DNA of 64,000 bases from an uncultured SAR86 cluster bacterium (lineage in GTDB: Bacteria; Pseudomonadota; Gammaproteobacteria; Magnimaribacterales; D2472), in assembly GCA_902613705.1 (NCBI GenBank), contig CACMIG010000001.1, forward strand, positions 40,102 through 104,101. The letters are read 5' to 3'. The notes below the pieces were generated by a model. The model worked only from the letters and a program-made list of their open reading frames with translations. It was not told the origin of the DNA and searched no databases. Made by a program: the position numbers and the translations under genes. Shown piece by piece: positions 34,786-44,444 of the stretch. Numbering within the stretch: position 1 is the first letter of the stretch; every line of letters starts with the position of its first letter.

Positions 34786-35456
34786 TTAAAAATATAAATG
34801 CCATTAATAATAGTATCGATGAGCTATGCTCATCTATTAATAGAAGCAGAGATGAAATAACTTTAATTGCGGTTTCTAAGAAAAAAAGTATTGAGCTCGT
34901 TAAGATAGCTCTTGAAAAAGGAATCAATAACTTCGGAGAAAATTACGCACAAGAGCTTCAAGAAAAATCTTCATTAATAGATTCAGATAATATTGTTTGG
35001 CATTTCATTGGGCCAATTCAATCCAATAAAGTTAAAGTAGTTGCAAATAATGCTGATTGGATTCATACCCTCGAAAGAGAAAAAATTATTAGAAAATTTA
35101 ATGATGAGTGCAAAAAAATTAACAAAGTAATAAACGGATGCATTCAAATTAATATTTCATCTGAAAAATCAAAAAGTGGATGCAGTCCTGATGAGCTTTT
35201 TGATATAGCAAAATTAGTAGAATCTATGGAAAATATTAATTTAAAAGGCATAATGGCTCTCCCAAAACTAACAAATGATAAAGAAGAAAGAGAGCGTATG
35301 ATGAAAGAAGTTATAAACTTGAGCGTCAAGTTACAAAAAATTTATCCTAATGCTAGTGCTATCTCACTTGGAACAACTTCGGATTACGAGGATGCCATAA
35401 TTCATGGATCTAATATGCTTCGAATAGGTGAATCAATTTTTGGTAAAAGATCATGA
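34770..35456 (+). CDS. yggS: YggS family pyridoxal phosphate homeostasis protein
   Basis: LIAVSKKKS (PLP lysine) and WHFIGPIQSNKVK. Conserved yggS-proC-yggT order. Confidence 0.8.
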   Translation: MQRELIKNINAINNSIDELCSSINRSRDEITLIAVSKKKSIELVKIALEKGINNFGENYAQELQEKSSLIDSDNIVWHFIGPIQSNKVKVVANNADWIHTLEREKIIRKFNDECKKINKVINGCIQINISSEKSKSGCSPDELFDIAKLVESMENINLKGIMALPKLTNDKEERERMMKEVINLSVKLQKIYPNASAISLGTTSDYEDAIIHGSNMLRIGESIFGKRS

Positions 35457-36241
35457 AAAATATATTATTTTTTGGTGGTGGTAATATTGCTCAAGCTTTA
35501 ATTTCAGGACTACTATTAAATGGAATGAGCAACAAAAATATTTTTTTTGTAGACAGGAATCCTTTAAATCAAAAAAAATTAAATAGCTTAAAAATTAAAA
35601 GTTTAAAAAAATCGAATTCTGATATAGATATAGTTATTTTGTCTGTAAAGCCAAAAGATGCTATTCAAGCATACAAAGAAGTTTTAAATAACTATAAAAA
35701 TCCTAAAATTGTCAGTCTTGTTGCTGGTATAAAATCCTCTACATACACCAAGCTGGATAATAAATCTCAATTTATGAGAGCAATGCCAAATACTGCATCA
35801 AAGTATGGTCAAGGAATAACTGCTTTATATAATTCAACTTTTAAAAAAAGTAACTTTAAAAAGGTCTCTTCTATCTTCTCAAAATTAGGTACAGTTATTG
35901 AAGTAGATAATGATTCAAAAATAGATACTTTTACTGGTGTCATTGGAAGTGGGCCCGCATATTTTTTCCAAACTCTGAAATCATTTGAAAAAAAACTTAT
36001 GAGATTATGCAACCAAGATGAAAAAATTGTTAGAGAGATTATTGCTAATCTTATGAAAGGTGTTGGCTCATCAATTGAAAAAGACGGTGATTTGGATAAT
36101 CTAATTAAAGCAGTTGCTTCAAAGAAAGGAACGACAGAAGCTGGACTAAAGTCGCTTAAATCCAATAATTTAAATCAAATATTTGAAAAAGGATTAAACG
36201 CTGCGATCAAAAGATCAAAGGAAATTTCAAATGAATTCTAA
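35453..36241 (+). CDS. proC: Pyrroline-5-carboxylate reductase
   Basis: FFGGGNIAQALISGLL NADP fold, RAMPNTASKYGQG and KKGTTEAGL. Confidence 0.8.
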   Translation: MKNILFFGGGNIAQALISGLLLNGMSNKNIFFVDRNPLNQKKLNSLKIKSLKKSNSDIDIVILSVKPKDAIQAYKEVLNNYKNPKIVSLVAGIKSSTYTKLDNKSQFMRAMPNTASKYGQGITALYNSTFKKSNFKKVSSIFSKLGTVIEVDNDSKIDTFTGVIGSGPAYFFQTLKSFEKKLMRLCNQDEKIVREIIANLMKGVGSSIEKDGDLDNLIKAVASKKGTTEAGLKSLKSNNLNQIFEKGLNAAIKRSKEISNEF

Positions 36242-36755
36242 TATACAAATACTTGGGCTTATTTTAAGTATATTAAATTATGCCCTTGTTTTTCTCTTCA
36301 TCTTTAATTTATTGAAAGTAAATTATTATAATCAAATTGTTTCAATATTTGTTAAAGCGTATAGCCCCATATCAAAAATATTTTCACCCTTACCAATTCA
36401 AGCACTTAATATTTTAATCTTGGCGATAGTATTTAAGCTTTCATCTCTTATCATATATTTTGGTGATCAGTATGTAATTACAACCTTATTAGGGGTGGCT
36501 GTAATTCAGACGATAATTATTATCTTAAGGATTATATTTTTTGCAGTAATTGGTGGTGTAATCCTAAGTTGGGTATCTCCATCAAACTCAAATGCTTTTT
36601 TAGAGTTAATTGAGGAAATATCTTATAAGTCTCTAATGCCGATAAGGAATTATATTCCTTCAGCTGGAGGCCTGGACTTTTCTCCTCTTTTTATTTTGAT
36701 TTTAATTAATCTAATTGAATCCTTCTTATCGGATATGCTTAGGTCATTAGTATGA
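36231..36755 (+). CDS. yggT: YggT family membrane protein
   Basis: 174 aa and polytopic, in the conserved position after proC. Confidence 0.7.
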   Translation: MNSNIQILGLILSILNYALVFLFIFNLLKVNYYNQIVSIFVKAYSPISKIFSPLPIQALNILILAIVFKLSSLIIYFGDQYVITTLLGVAVIQTIIIILRIIFFAVIGGVILSWVSPSNSNAFLELIEEISYKSLMPIRNYIPSAGGLDFSPLFILILINLIESFLSDMLRSLV

Positions 36756-37837
36756 AAACGGAAACAAAATTAATTCATTTTTCAGAAGGAATTGAGCTTG
36801 AATCAGGTGAGAAACTCAATTCATTCGATTTAATGGTAGAAACCTATGGCGAACTTAATGAAGGCAAATCAAATGCAATTCTTCTATGTCATGCATTTTC
36901 AGGAAATCATCATGCAGCAGGAAATTCTGAAGATTTTGGAATTGGTTGGTGGGATCAATTAGTTGGTCCTAGTAAAACAATCGACACAAATAAATATTTT
37001 GTTGTCTGTTGCAATAATCTAGGTGGTTGTGCTGGTTCCTCGGGGCCATCCTCAATTGATCCTTCATCGCAAAAAATATTTGGAAAGTCTTTTCCTCAAG
37101 TAAGTGTCCTGGATTGGGTTAACTCACAAAAAATGCTTATGGATAAATTAAACATAGAGTGTTGGCATTTTGTAGCAGGTGGAAGTTTGGGCGGAATGCA
37201 AGCTCTGCAATGGTCAATTTCATATCCAGATAAAGTTAAAAAGACTGGAATTTTTGCTGCAGCTTCAAAATCTAGCTCTCAGAATATTGCGATGAACGAA
37301 GTTGCAAGAGAATCTATAAGAAAAGATGAGAATTTTCATAATGGAAATTATTATGAGCACAACGTTATACCTAAAAATGGTATTAAAACTGCAAGAATGC
37401 TTGGTCACATTACATATCTATCAGAAGAACATATGGATTCAAGATTTGGGAGAAAGTTTCAAGATGAAGGTTCAAAAGTAGAGGAGTCCGTTAGCTTCGA
37501 AGTCGAAAATTATTTGCAATATAAGGGTGAACAGTTCTCAGAGCTATTTGATGCAAATTCATATATTTTAATGACAAAAGTAATGGATAGTTATGATGCT
37601 GGAAAAGATAGGCCACTAGTTGAGGCTTTAAAAAATGTGAAAGCTGAGTTCTTAATTGTAGGTTTTTACTCAGATTGGCTATATCCACCAGAAAGAGGAA
37701 AGGAAATTCAAATAGCTGCAATGAATAATAATATAAGGTCCTCTTTTGTGGTACTCCAGGGAGATCATGGACACGATAGTTTTCTTTTTAATTCAAAAAC
37801 TTACTCAAATTTAATTACTAATTTCATAGAATCATAA
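36752..37837 (+). CDS. metX: Homoserine O-acyltransferase (MetX)
   Basis: LLCHAFSGNHHAAG and the nucleophile elbow VAGGSLGGMQALQW. It is followed by metW. Confidence 0.85.
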   Translation: MKTETKLIHFSEGIELESGEKLNSFDLMVETYGELNEGKSNAILLCHAFSGNHHAAGNSEDFGIGWWDQLVGPSKTIDTNKYFVVCCNNLGGCAGSSGPSSIDPSSQKIFGKSFPQVSVLDWVNSQKMLMDKLNIECWHFVAGGSLGGMQALQWSISYPDKVKKTGIFAAASKSSSQNIAMNEVARESIRKDENFHNGNYYEHNVIPKNGIKTARMLGHITYLSEEHMDSRFGRKFQDEGSKVEESVSFEVENYLQYKGEQFSELFDANSYILMTKVMDSYDAGKDRPLVEALKNVKAEFLIVGFYSDWLYPPERGKEIQIAAMNNNIRSSFVVLQGDHGHDSFLFNSKTYSNLITNFIES

Positions 37838-38427
37838 TGGCTATAAAACTTTCAAAAATTATAAACAGTTGGGTTCCAGAAAATTCAAAAGTGATTGATT
37901 TTGGTTGTGGTGATGGTTCTTTATTAAAAGAATTATTTGAAAATAAGCAGGTGCTTGGATATGGCGTTGAGATAAATGATACAAAGATAGAGAAATGTAT
38001 TGAGAAAGGCATACCTGTAATAAAACTTGATATAGACAAGGGCCTAAATGACTTTATGTCTTCTAATTTTGATTTATCGATTATGGCCAGATCAATTCAA
38101 TGTCTTAAAAATCCTGACCTTGCTCTAAATAGAATGCTGGAGTTATCAAAAAGATGTGTTGTGACTCTTCCTAATCTTGGCTATTGGAGATGTAGAATGA
38201 ACCTTGCATCAGGAAAAATGCCAATTACACCAGAACTGCCCTCTAGCTGGTATGAGACAGAAAACATTCACTTGTGTACGATCAAAGATTTTGAAAATCT
38301 TTGTTTAAAAGAAAATATAAGTATTAGAGATAAAGTCTTCATAAATAGAAATGGTGATCAAGGCGGTTTATCTAAAATTAATCCAAATTTATTTGCTGTA
38401 GAAGGAGTCTATTTACTTGAAAAGTAA
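37837..38427 (+). CDS. metW: Methionine biosynthesis protein MetW
   Basis: SAM-MTase-like VIDFGCGDGSLLKEL. 196 aa. Its start shares one base with the metX stop. Confidence 0.8.
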   Translation: MAIKLSKIINSWVPENSKVIDFGCGDGSLLKELFENKQVLGYGVEINDTKIEKCIEKGIPVIKLDIDKGLNDFMSSNFDLSIMARSIQCLKNPDLALNRMLELSKRCVVTLPNLGYWRCRMNLASGKMPITPELPSSWYETENIHLCTIKDFENLCLKENISIRDKVFINRNGDQGGLSKINPNLFAVEGVYLLEK

Positions 38428-39028
38428 TGATGACATTCTTATTGCCTCATCAAACAAAGGCAAATTAAAAGAATTTAAAAAACTATTCAAAAATCATAAA
38501 GTATTTTCTTTATCCGATCTTAATATTACAGATGCTATAGAAGATGGAGATTCCTTTATAGAAAATGCAATGATTAAAGCAAAACATGGCGCTAAGGAAT
38601 CTAAAATTTATACGATTGCAGATGATTCAGGAATTGTAGTCCCTAAATTAGACTATGAACCTGGCATTTATTCTGCAAGATATGCTGGCGAGGGTGCTAG
38701 TGATAAAGATAACAGAGATAAGATTATTGATAAATTGATTGAGAAAAGACAGAAGAGTCTTGAAGCTTTCTATGTTTGTGTTCTTGTTGGATTAAAGAGT
38801 CCTGATGATCCTATGCCAATAGTAACTCAAGGTGAAATTCATGGGAGAATATCGATAAATAGTTCAGGAGAAGGAGGATTTGGATATGACAAAATCTTTT
38901 ATCCCGATGGATATGATTGCTCAATGGCATCTTTAGACCAACAAATTAAAAATAAAGTTAGTCACAGAGCCATTGCTTCAGAAAAATTTATAAAATTGTT
39001 TAACAGCAGTTATGATACTTTTTTATAA
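38417..39028 (+). CDS. rdgB: dITP/XTP pyrophosphatase (RdgB/HAM1 family)
   Basis: ILIASSNKGKLKEF, ADDSGI and GFGYDKIFYP, ending in SHRA. TTG start. Confidence 0.8.
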   Translation: MKSNDDILIASSNKGKLKEFKKLFKNHKVFSLSDLNITDAIEDGDSFIENAMIKAKHGAKESKIYTIADDSGIVVPKLDYEPGIYSARYAGEGASDKDNRDKIIDKLIEKRQKSLEAFYVCVLVGLKSPDDPMPIVTQGEIHGRISINSSGEGGFGYDKIFYPDGYDCSMASLDQQIKNKVSHRAIASEKFIKLFNSSYDTFL

Positions 39029-39657
39029 TTAAATTCAAACAACTCTCTACCCTCATCTTTCCCTCTTCTTTCAAACTTAGAAAGAGAGTCTTTTTGAAAA
39101 GATTTATTTAAAGATGGCTTAAATAATTTATTTTTTTTAAATGATTCAGAAATGCTTTCAGCATAATTTTCCCAATCTGTAGATATGTATACATTTGAAT
39201 CGTTCTTCATAAAATCATGGACCATTTTTAAAAAAGTTTTATTTATTAGTCTTCTTTTATGATGTTTTTCTTTTGGCCAAGGATCGGGACAAATAATAAT
39301 CACTGAATCAAATACTTTTTTTGGGCTTTGATCTAAGAGCAGCCTAATATCGTCTGAAAAAATTTTTATGTTATTGATATTGTTTTCTTTTATGCTCGAA
39401 ACCAAAGTTCCTATGCCTGACATATAGACCTCAGAACCTATAAATAAATAGCTAGGATTATTTATTGCTTGAAAAATAATATTTTCAGCATTACCAAAAC
39501 CAATTTCTAAATAACATTTATCAAAGTGTTTGCTGAAATCTTCTACTTCCTGAATACTATTTACAGAAAATTCTGATAAAGAGCTTAAACTGTGGATCTG
39601 CTTTTTAGTTATTCGACCTTTTCTTTTTACAAACGAAGGAAGAAACTTTAATTGCAT
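39010..39657 (-). CDS. trmB: tRNA (guanine-N7)-methyltransferase
   Basis: YLEIGFGNAENI SAM motif and IICPDPWPKEKHHKRR. Confidence 0.8.
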   Translation of the reverse strand: MQLKFLPSFVKRKGRITKKQIHSLSSLSEFSVNSIQEVEDFSKHFDKCYLEIGFGNAENIIFQAINNPSYLFIGSEVYMSGIGTLVSSIKENNINNIKIFSDDIRLLLDQSPKKVFDSVIIICPDPWPKEKHHKRRLINKTFLKMVHDFMKNDSNVYISTDWENYAESISESFKKNKLFKPSLNKSFQKDSLSKFERRGKDEGRELFEFNYKKVS

Positions 39658-39672
39658 TGCTAAATGCTAGAT

Positions 39673-40533
39673 TTATGCAAAATCTACCATAAATGCTTTC
39701 AATTTTTTAAGTGCGCTGTTTTCAATTTGTCTAATTCTTTCAGCGGAAACTTTATATTCATCAGCTAAATCATGAAGTGTAGCCTTTTCATCTGATAGGT
39801 ATCTTCTATTAAGAATATCTTTACTTCTATCATCAAGAGTTTTTAGTGCAGCAAGAAGCTCTTCCTTGTTTACTTGTTCGGCTTGCTCTGATGCAACTAT
39901 GATTTCAGGATCATATCTTTTATCTTCTAAATATTGAGAAGGAGACATAATTTCTTCATCGTCACCAGAGGGAACCGGTGAATCAAATGATGAATCATTT
40001 GAAGACAGTCTATTCTCCATGTGAAGTACATCTTTAACCTCAACATTTAAGTCAGATGCTATTTTTTCAGCTTCTTCTTTAGACAACCAATCTAGTGATT
40101 TCTTTTTGCTTCTTAGATTGAAGAATAGTTTTCTTTGCGCTTTAGTTGTAGCAATTTTTACTAATCTCCAGTTTTTAAGAATATATTCATGAATCTCAGC
40201 TTTAATCCAGTGAACTGCAAAAGAGACTAATTTTACACCTCTATGAGGATCATATTTATCTACAGCTTTCATTAATCCAACATTACCTTCTTGAATAATG
40301 TCTCCCAATGGCAATCCATAACCTTGATATGATCTTGCAATGTGAACCACAAATCTTAAGTGATGAATCACTAGCTGTCGTGCAGCATCTAAATCATCTT
40401 CCTCATATAATTTTAAAGCGAGTTCTTGCTCCTCTTCCTTAGTAAGAATAGGTATTGAGTGAACAGATGAAAGATATGATTCAATATCCTTACCTGGACT
40501 ATTTAATTGTGAGGGTTGTAACTGTGTGCCCAT
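39673..40533 (-). CDS. rpoH: RNA polymerase sigma-32 factor RpoH
   Basis: Region 2 GNVGLMKAVDKYDP, the RpoH box QRKLFFNLR, and a region 4 HTH LHDLADEYKVSAERIRQIE. Confidence 0.9.
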   Translation of the reverse strand: MGTQLQPSQLNSPGKDIESYLSSVHSIPILTKEEEQELALKLYEEDDLDAARQLVIHHLRFVVHIARSYQGYGLPLGDIIQEGNVGLMKAVDKYDPHRGVKLVSFAVHWIKAEIHEYILKNWRLVKIATTKAQRKLFFNLRSKKKSLDWLSKEEAEKIASDLNVEVKDVLHMENRLSSNDSSFDSPVPSGDDEEIMSPSQYLEDKRYDPEIIVASEQAEQVNKEELLAALKTLDDRSKDILNRRYLSDEKATLHDLADEYKVSAERIRQIENSALKKLKAFMVDFA

Positions 40534-40587
40534 AATATAAATAAAGTATATAACTAATTATATCAATTAATTATGAATAATATGAAA

Positions 40588-41409
40588 TTATACCAATTTT
40601 TTAAAAAAATCTCCTAAAACAGGTAAAAAATCACTTTTTATTGAATCATTTCTAAAGGCTATGAAGTATGGGTTTAATATTGAATCCTCCTTTGCATAGG
40701 CCAATTCTTCATAATCTCCAATTTTGATAACACTTCCGCCCTTTTGATTAAGGACTGCATGAGCAGCAGCTATATCCCATTCAGAAGTGGGGCCAAATCT
40801 GGGGTAAATGTCAGCCTCATTATCTGCCAAACTACATAGTTTCAATGAACTACCCTTCTCAATAATCTCATAGCCTATATTTTGTGACTCAATGTAATTA
40901 ATAAAAGCTTTATCTTTGTCACTTTTATGACTTTTGCTCATTACAATTCTTAACTTATCAGAAGAATCATTTTGTGACTGCACATCTTCAAAAATAGATC
41001 CATGCCAAATTTTTCCAGTTATAGGTGCGCCAACAATACCAAATACAACCTTCTTATTGTTAATCATTGCAATATTTACGGTAAATTCCCCAGTTTTATT
41101 AATAAACTCTTTAGTCCCATCAAGAGGATCAACTAACCAATATGTTTGGTCTAGACTTTTTATTAGATCCTCACTAAAAGTTTCCTCTGAGATAATTGAA
41201 ATATCCTTTGAAATTTTTTCTAATGAATTCAATATTATTTCATTAGATTTTTTATCTGCTTTTGTTAAAGGAGAGCCGTCTGATTTTTCTTCTTGATCAA
41301 AGCTATCAGAATTATAAATCTGCATAATTTCATCAGAGGCTAGATTAACGCATTCTTTAAGAGCGTCTAAATGATTATCAAAAAAAGTTTTACTTACCAT
41401 TTTATTCAA
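40588..41409 (-). CDS. cysQ: 3'(2'),5'-bisphosphate nucleotidase CysQ (inositol monophosphatase family)
   Basis: WLVDPLDGTKEF and WDIAAAHAVL motifs. 273 aa. Confidence 0.75.
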   Translation of the reverse strand: MNKMVSKTFFDNHLDALKECVNLASDEIMQIYNSDSFDQEEKSDGSPLTKADKKSNEIILNSLEKISKDISIISEETFSEDLIKSLDQTYWLVDPLDGTKEFINKTGEFTVNIAMINNKKVVFGIVGAPITGKIWHGSIFEDVQSQNDSSDKLRIVMSKSHKSDKDKAFINYIESQNIGYEIIEKGSSLKLCSLADNEADIYPRFGPTSEWDIAAAHAVLNQKGGSVIKIGDYEELAYAKEDSILNPYFIAFRNDSIKSDFLPVLGDFFKKLV

Positions 41410-42533
41410 ATATTACAACTTTGGTTATCAAGATTTTTGTAATCAATTGCTTCAAGGATTTTATAATGAATGTCTGTATTATCCATCAAACCTTGAAATA
41501 GTTCTGCTCCAGGGCCATAAGCATGCACTCCTACAGGAATCGAGGTGTGTCTTCCAGTACCCCATTGAATAAGAACTTTGTCATCGTCTTGTTTAAGAAT
41601 TTGTAACCCTCCAGTTTCATGATCAGATGTCACTATTAACAGTGTCTCGTTATCTTCATTTACAAAGTTAATCAAATCTTTAATAGTTGAATCAAAATCT
41701 TTAAACTCCTCTATCATTTTATTTGCATCGTTATCGTGTGCAGCCCAATCTATTTGACTACCTTCTGTCATTAAAAAGAACCCATTACACTGCTTGTTCA
41801 AATGATTTAATGCAAAATTTGTCATTTCTCTTTGAGTTGGTTTTTCATCTGATCGCTCAATACCATTATCGTCAAAAAGACCAATAAGCTTTTTAGAATG
41901 ATCAAAATTTAATTGCAGAGACTCTTTCTCTGTGAGCACGTAGTGTGTGTCATTAATTTTATTTAAATCAAAAAATTCTTTACCTCCGCCCATAGCAATA
42001 TCAATTGAAGAATTGATAAGCTGATTGGCTATATTTTTATATTCATATCTGCTATCAATGTGAGCATATAAAGCTGCAGGCGTCGCATGAGTTACTGAAG
42101 ATGTTGCGACTATGCCTGAGGTATAACCTTTTTTTTGAAGCATTTCTACAATGGTCTCTAATATTTTTTTGTCCGGGTTCAATGACAAATATCTATTTTT
42201 TGTTTTATATCCAGTTGACCATGCTGTTGCTGCTGCTGCCGAATCTGTATATGCATTATTATAGGAATGAGTTAAAGAGGTGCCTAGATATGGGATTTGA
42301 TCAATAAAAAGTCTATGGTCTAGGCCGCCAATTGCAATTCGGGACAAAGTAATTTGGTTTGGTCCAACCCCATCCCCAATTGCAAGAATTATATTCTTGG
42401 CTTTTAAGTTATCAGGAAAATCTTTTATTTCAATGTATTCTGTTTCTTTTGAACCGATTGTAATCGACTCAGTTTGTTCTGAAAAATTACATGACGTAAC
42501 TGATAATATTAATAGAACAGAAATATATTTCAT
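41406..42533 (-). CDS. phoA: Alkaline phosphatase (PhoA family), predicted lipoprotein
   Basis: AIGDGVGPNQ, active-site YTDSAAAATAWSTGYKT and TSDHETGG. The start is taken at ATG 42533 (MKYISVLLILSVTSC lipobox), 7 nt after the upstream stop, not the track's 42605. Confidence 0.8.
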   Translation of the reverse strand: MKYISVLLILSVTSCNFSEQTESITIGSKETEYIEIKDFPDNLKAKNIILAIGDGVGPNQITLSRIAIGGLDHRLFIDQIPYLGTSLTHSYNNAYTDSAAAATAWSTGYKTKNRYLSLNPDKKILETIVEMLQKKGYTSGIVATSSVTHATPAALYAHIDSRYEYKNIANQLINSSIDIAMGGGKEFFDLNKINDTHYVLTEKESLQLNFDHSKKLIGLFDDNGIERSDEKPTQREMTNFALNHLNKQCNGFFLMTEGSQIDWAAHDNDANKMIEEFKDFDSTIKDLINFVNEDNETLLIVTSDHETGGLQILKQDDDKVLIQWGTGRHTSIPVGVHAYGPGAELFQGLMDNTDIHYKILEAIDYKNLDNQSCNI

Positions 42534-42540
42534 AAATAGA

Positions 42541-43368
42541 TTATGGATTAAGAGTTTCTTTTCTTTTTTGAATTGCTTCATCCTCAGATTTAGGCATTTG
42601 ATCATATATAGATAGTTCCCATCTTCCGTATGTTGGGTTTGTGATCACGAACCATTTTGATCCCCACATATCAGAATATTTTTTAGCTAATTTTTTTCTA
42701 TCAGAATGAAAAACATATGCTTCTTTAGTTGAAATGAAATCTGTAAGCTGGTCTCCAAGTAAAAGAACTATCCTATAATTTTCAGCAATATTTTTTCTTC
42801 TCTCCGTCTTATCTCTAACATTTTCGTCTACTCTCATTAATAAAGTATTTGCGTTATCGTCGAAAGGTAATCCTAATTTTTTTATATTTTTAATTGTAGG
42901 TTCTCTAAAGGTCTCGAGCCTATTAGTTACATAGAAAATTTTTACATTATTGTCATTTGCGTAGTGAAGGAATTCATAGACACCTTCAACTGCAGTAGCC
43001 TTAGATTCATTTACCCATTTAGCCCATCCATTTGGATATGATAATCCGGATAAAATTGTTCTAGATTGGAAGGATGAGTTATCTAAGACCGTTTCATCGA
43101 CATCTAAAATTATTGCAGGAATTTTGCTTGCGAAATTACCTTTTTGTTCTAATGCTGCAGTCCATGTGTTGTCTTGAAGAGCAATATCAAGAGCTTTCGA
43201 AGCATTATTAAATGTTTGAATATTATTTGCAGCAAATTCTGTTGAGGTTTGAACGTAAAGCACTGATAGCATAGATTGTTCTTGGAATGATTTATCCTTT
43301 TCAGAAGCAAAAGAATGTACATTAGTTACAGTAATTAATAAGAAAAGTATAGGCTTTAGTGATTTCAT
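42541..43368 (-). CDS. HAD-superfamily acid phosphatase / 5'-nucleotidase (class B/C, e(P4)-like)
   Basis: A signal peptide, then the DDDD-type motifs AIILDVDETVLDNS and GDQLTDF. Confidence 0.75.
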   Translation of the reverse strand: MKSLKPILFLLITVTNVHSFASEKDKSFQEQSMLSVLYVQTSTEFAANNIQTFNNASKALDIALQDNTWTAALEQKGNFASKIPAIILDVDETVLDNSSFQSRTILSGLSYPNGWAKWVNESKATAVEGVYEFLHYANDNNVKIFYVTNRLETFREPTIKNIKKLGLPFDDNANTLLMRVDENVRDKTERRKNIAENYRIVLLLGDQLTDFISTKEAYVFHSDRKKLAKKYSDMWGSKWFVITNPTYGRWELSIYDQMPKSEDEAIQKRKETLNP

Positions 43369-43419
43369 AGTATAAGAGCATTATAATGCTAAGATTATAA
43401 TTAGTTACAAAAATTATTT

Positions 43420-43581
43420 ATGGATAATAGATTAATAGAAAATTTAGAAAAATTAAAAAAGATGCTTGTTCTTTTGAGTGAAGAAAGAAAGGTTGTCTTG
43501 TCTCATCATAAAACTTTTGAGCATGTTGAAAAAATGAGATCGATTGTTAACGAATCTATAGAAATGGCGAATAAATCATGA
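43420..43581 (+). CDS. Candidate 53-aa small protein (helical; missing from the ORF track)
   Basis: Hand translation gives MDNRLIENLEKLKKMLVLLSEERKVVLSHHKTFEHVEKMRSIVNESIEMANKS. Its TGA overlaps the ATG of the next gene (ATGA at 43578-43581). It fills an otherwise empty 209-bp gap. Confidence 0.35.
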   Translation: MDNRLIENLEKLKKMLVLLSEERKVVLSHHKTFEHVEKMRSIVNESIEMANKS

Positions 43582-44444
43582 CAAATAAAAAATATAAATG
43601 CTTTGACCTTAATGTATCAGACAATATAGCAAATCTAGTTTTGTCTAGGCCTAACGAACTTAACACAATGTCGAGAGACTTTTGGGTAGAGCTCGGAAGC
43701 ATACTAGAAGAAATTAATAGAAATTCTGATATAAGAGTTGTTGTAATGTCGTCGACAGGTAAACATTTTTGTGCCGGAATGGACTTGAGTGCTTTTTCAA
43801 ATGGAGTTGAGGATATTCCAGATGATAAAAAACCCGATAGTGCTAGAATCGGCGAAGCTTTGTATAGAGTTGCAAAGGAACTTCAAGGATATATTAGTAA
43901 TTTAGAAAAGATCAGAGTTCCTGTTATTGCTGCTATTCAGGGTGGCTGCATTGGAGGTGCTGTAGATATGGTTACAGCATGTGACATCAGGCTTGCATCA
44001 AAAGAAGCTTTTTTCTGTATACAAGAAATTAATGTTGGTATGGCAGCTGATGTAGGAACCCTTCAAAGACTACCAAAAATTATTCCTGATTCTAAAATGA
44101 GAGAGATGGCCTATACAGGTAGACGAATGTATGCAGAAGAGGCAAAAGAGTCTGGCTTAATAAGTGACATGTATGAAACTCAAGAAGAAATGCTTGAGGG
44201 TGCTAATAAGTTAGCAAAAGAAATAGCTTCAAAATCTCCAGTAGCAATATATGGACTTAAAGCAGTAATGAATTACTCAAGAGACCACAGTGTAAGTGAC
44301 GGTCTTGAATATAATGCTTTGTGGAGCGGCGCAATGCTAAGTCAGAAAGATATGACTGAGGCTATAACTGCTAATATGGAAAAAAGAGATGCATCGTTCG
44401 ATGATATGGTCGATGTTAAAAAGTTTAACGAATCGGGCTCTTAA
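43578..44444 (+). CDS. Enoyl-CoA hydratase/isomerase family protein (dienoyl-CoA isomerase-like)
   Basis: Crotonase-fold motifs FCAGMDLS and GGCIGGAVDM. 288 aa. Confidence 0.8.
   Translation: MTNKKYKCFDLNVSDNIANLVLSRPNELNTMSRDFWVELGSILEEINRNSDIRVVVMSSTGKHFCAGMDLSAFSNGVEDIPDDKKPDSARIGEALYRVAKELQGYISNLEKIRVPVIAAIQGGCIGGAVDMVTACDIRLASKEAFFCIQEINVGMAADVGTLQRLPKIIPDSKMREMAYTGRRMYAEEAKESGLISDMYETQEEMLEGANKLAKEIASKSPVAIYGLKAVMNYSRDHSVSDGLEYNALWSGAMLSQKDMTEAITANMEKRDASFDDMVDVKKFNESGS

Noticed and set aside
13814-42605. N-terminal extensions in the ORF track for the aroK-like gene (13814), the secreted small protein (15320), lgt (21645), thyA (22418) and alkaline phosphatase (42605)
   Set aside because: Internal ATGs at 13895, 15443, 21681, 22475 and 42533 give canonical N-termini or signal peptides and neat ATGA or short-gap junctions with the upstream genes. 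The extensions would overlap conserved upstream coding sequence by 36-90 nt.
43369-43419. Pho box upstream of the phosphatase string, and the 12-bp palindrome GCATTATAATGC (43378-43389)
   Set aside because: There is no CTGTCAT-type direct repeat. The palindrome contains TATAAT and is most simply a -10 element in an AT-rich divergent promoter region.
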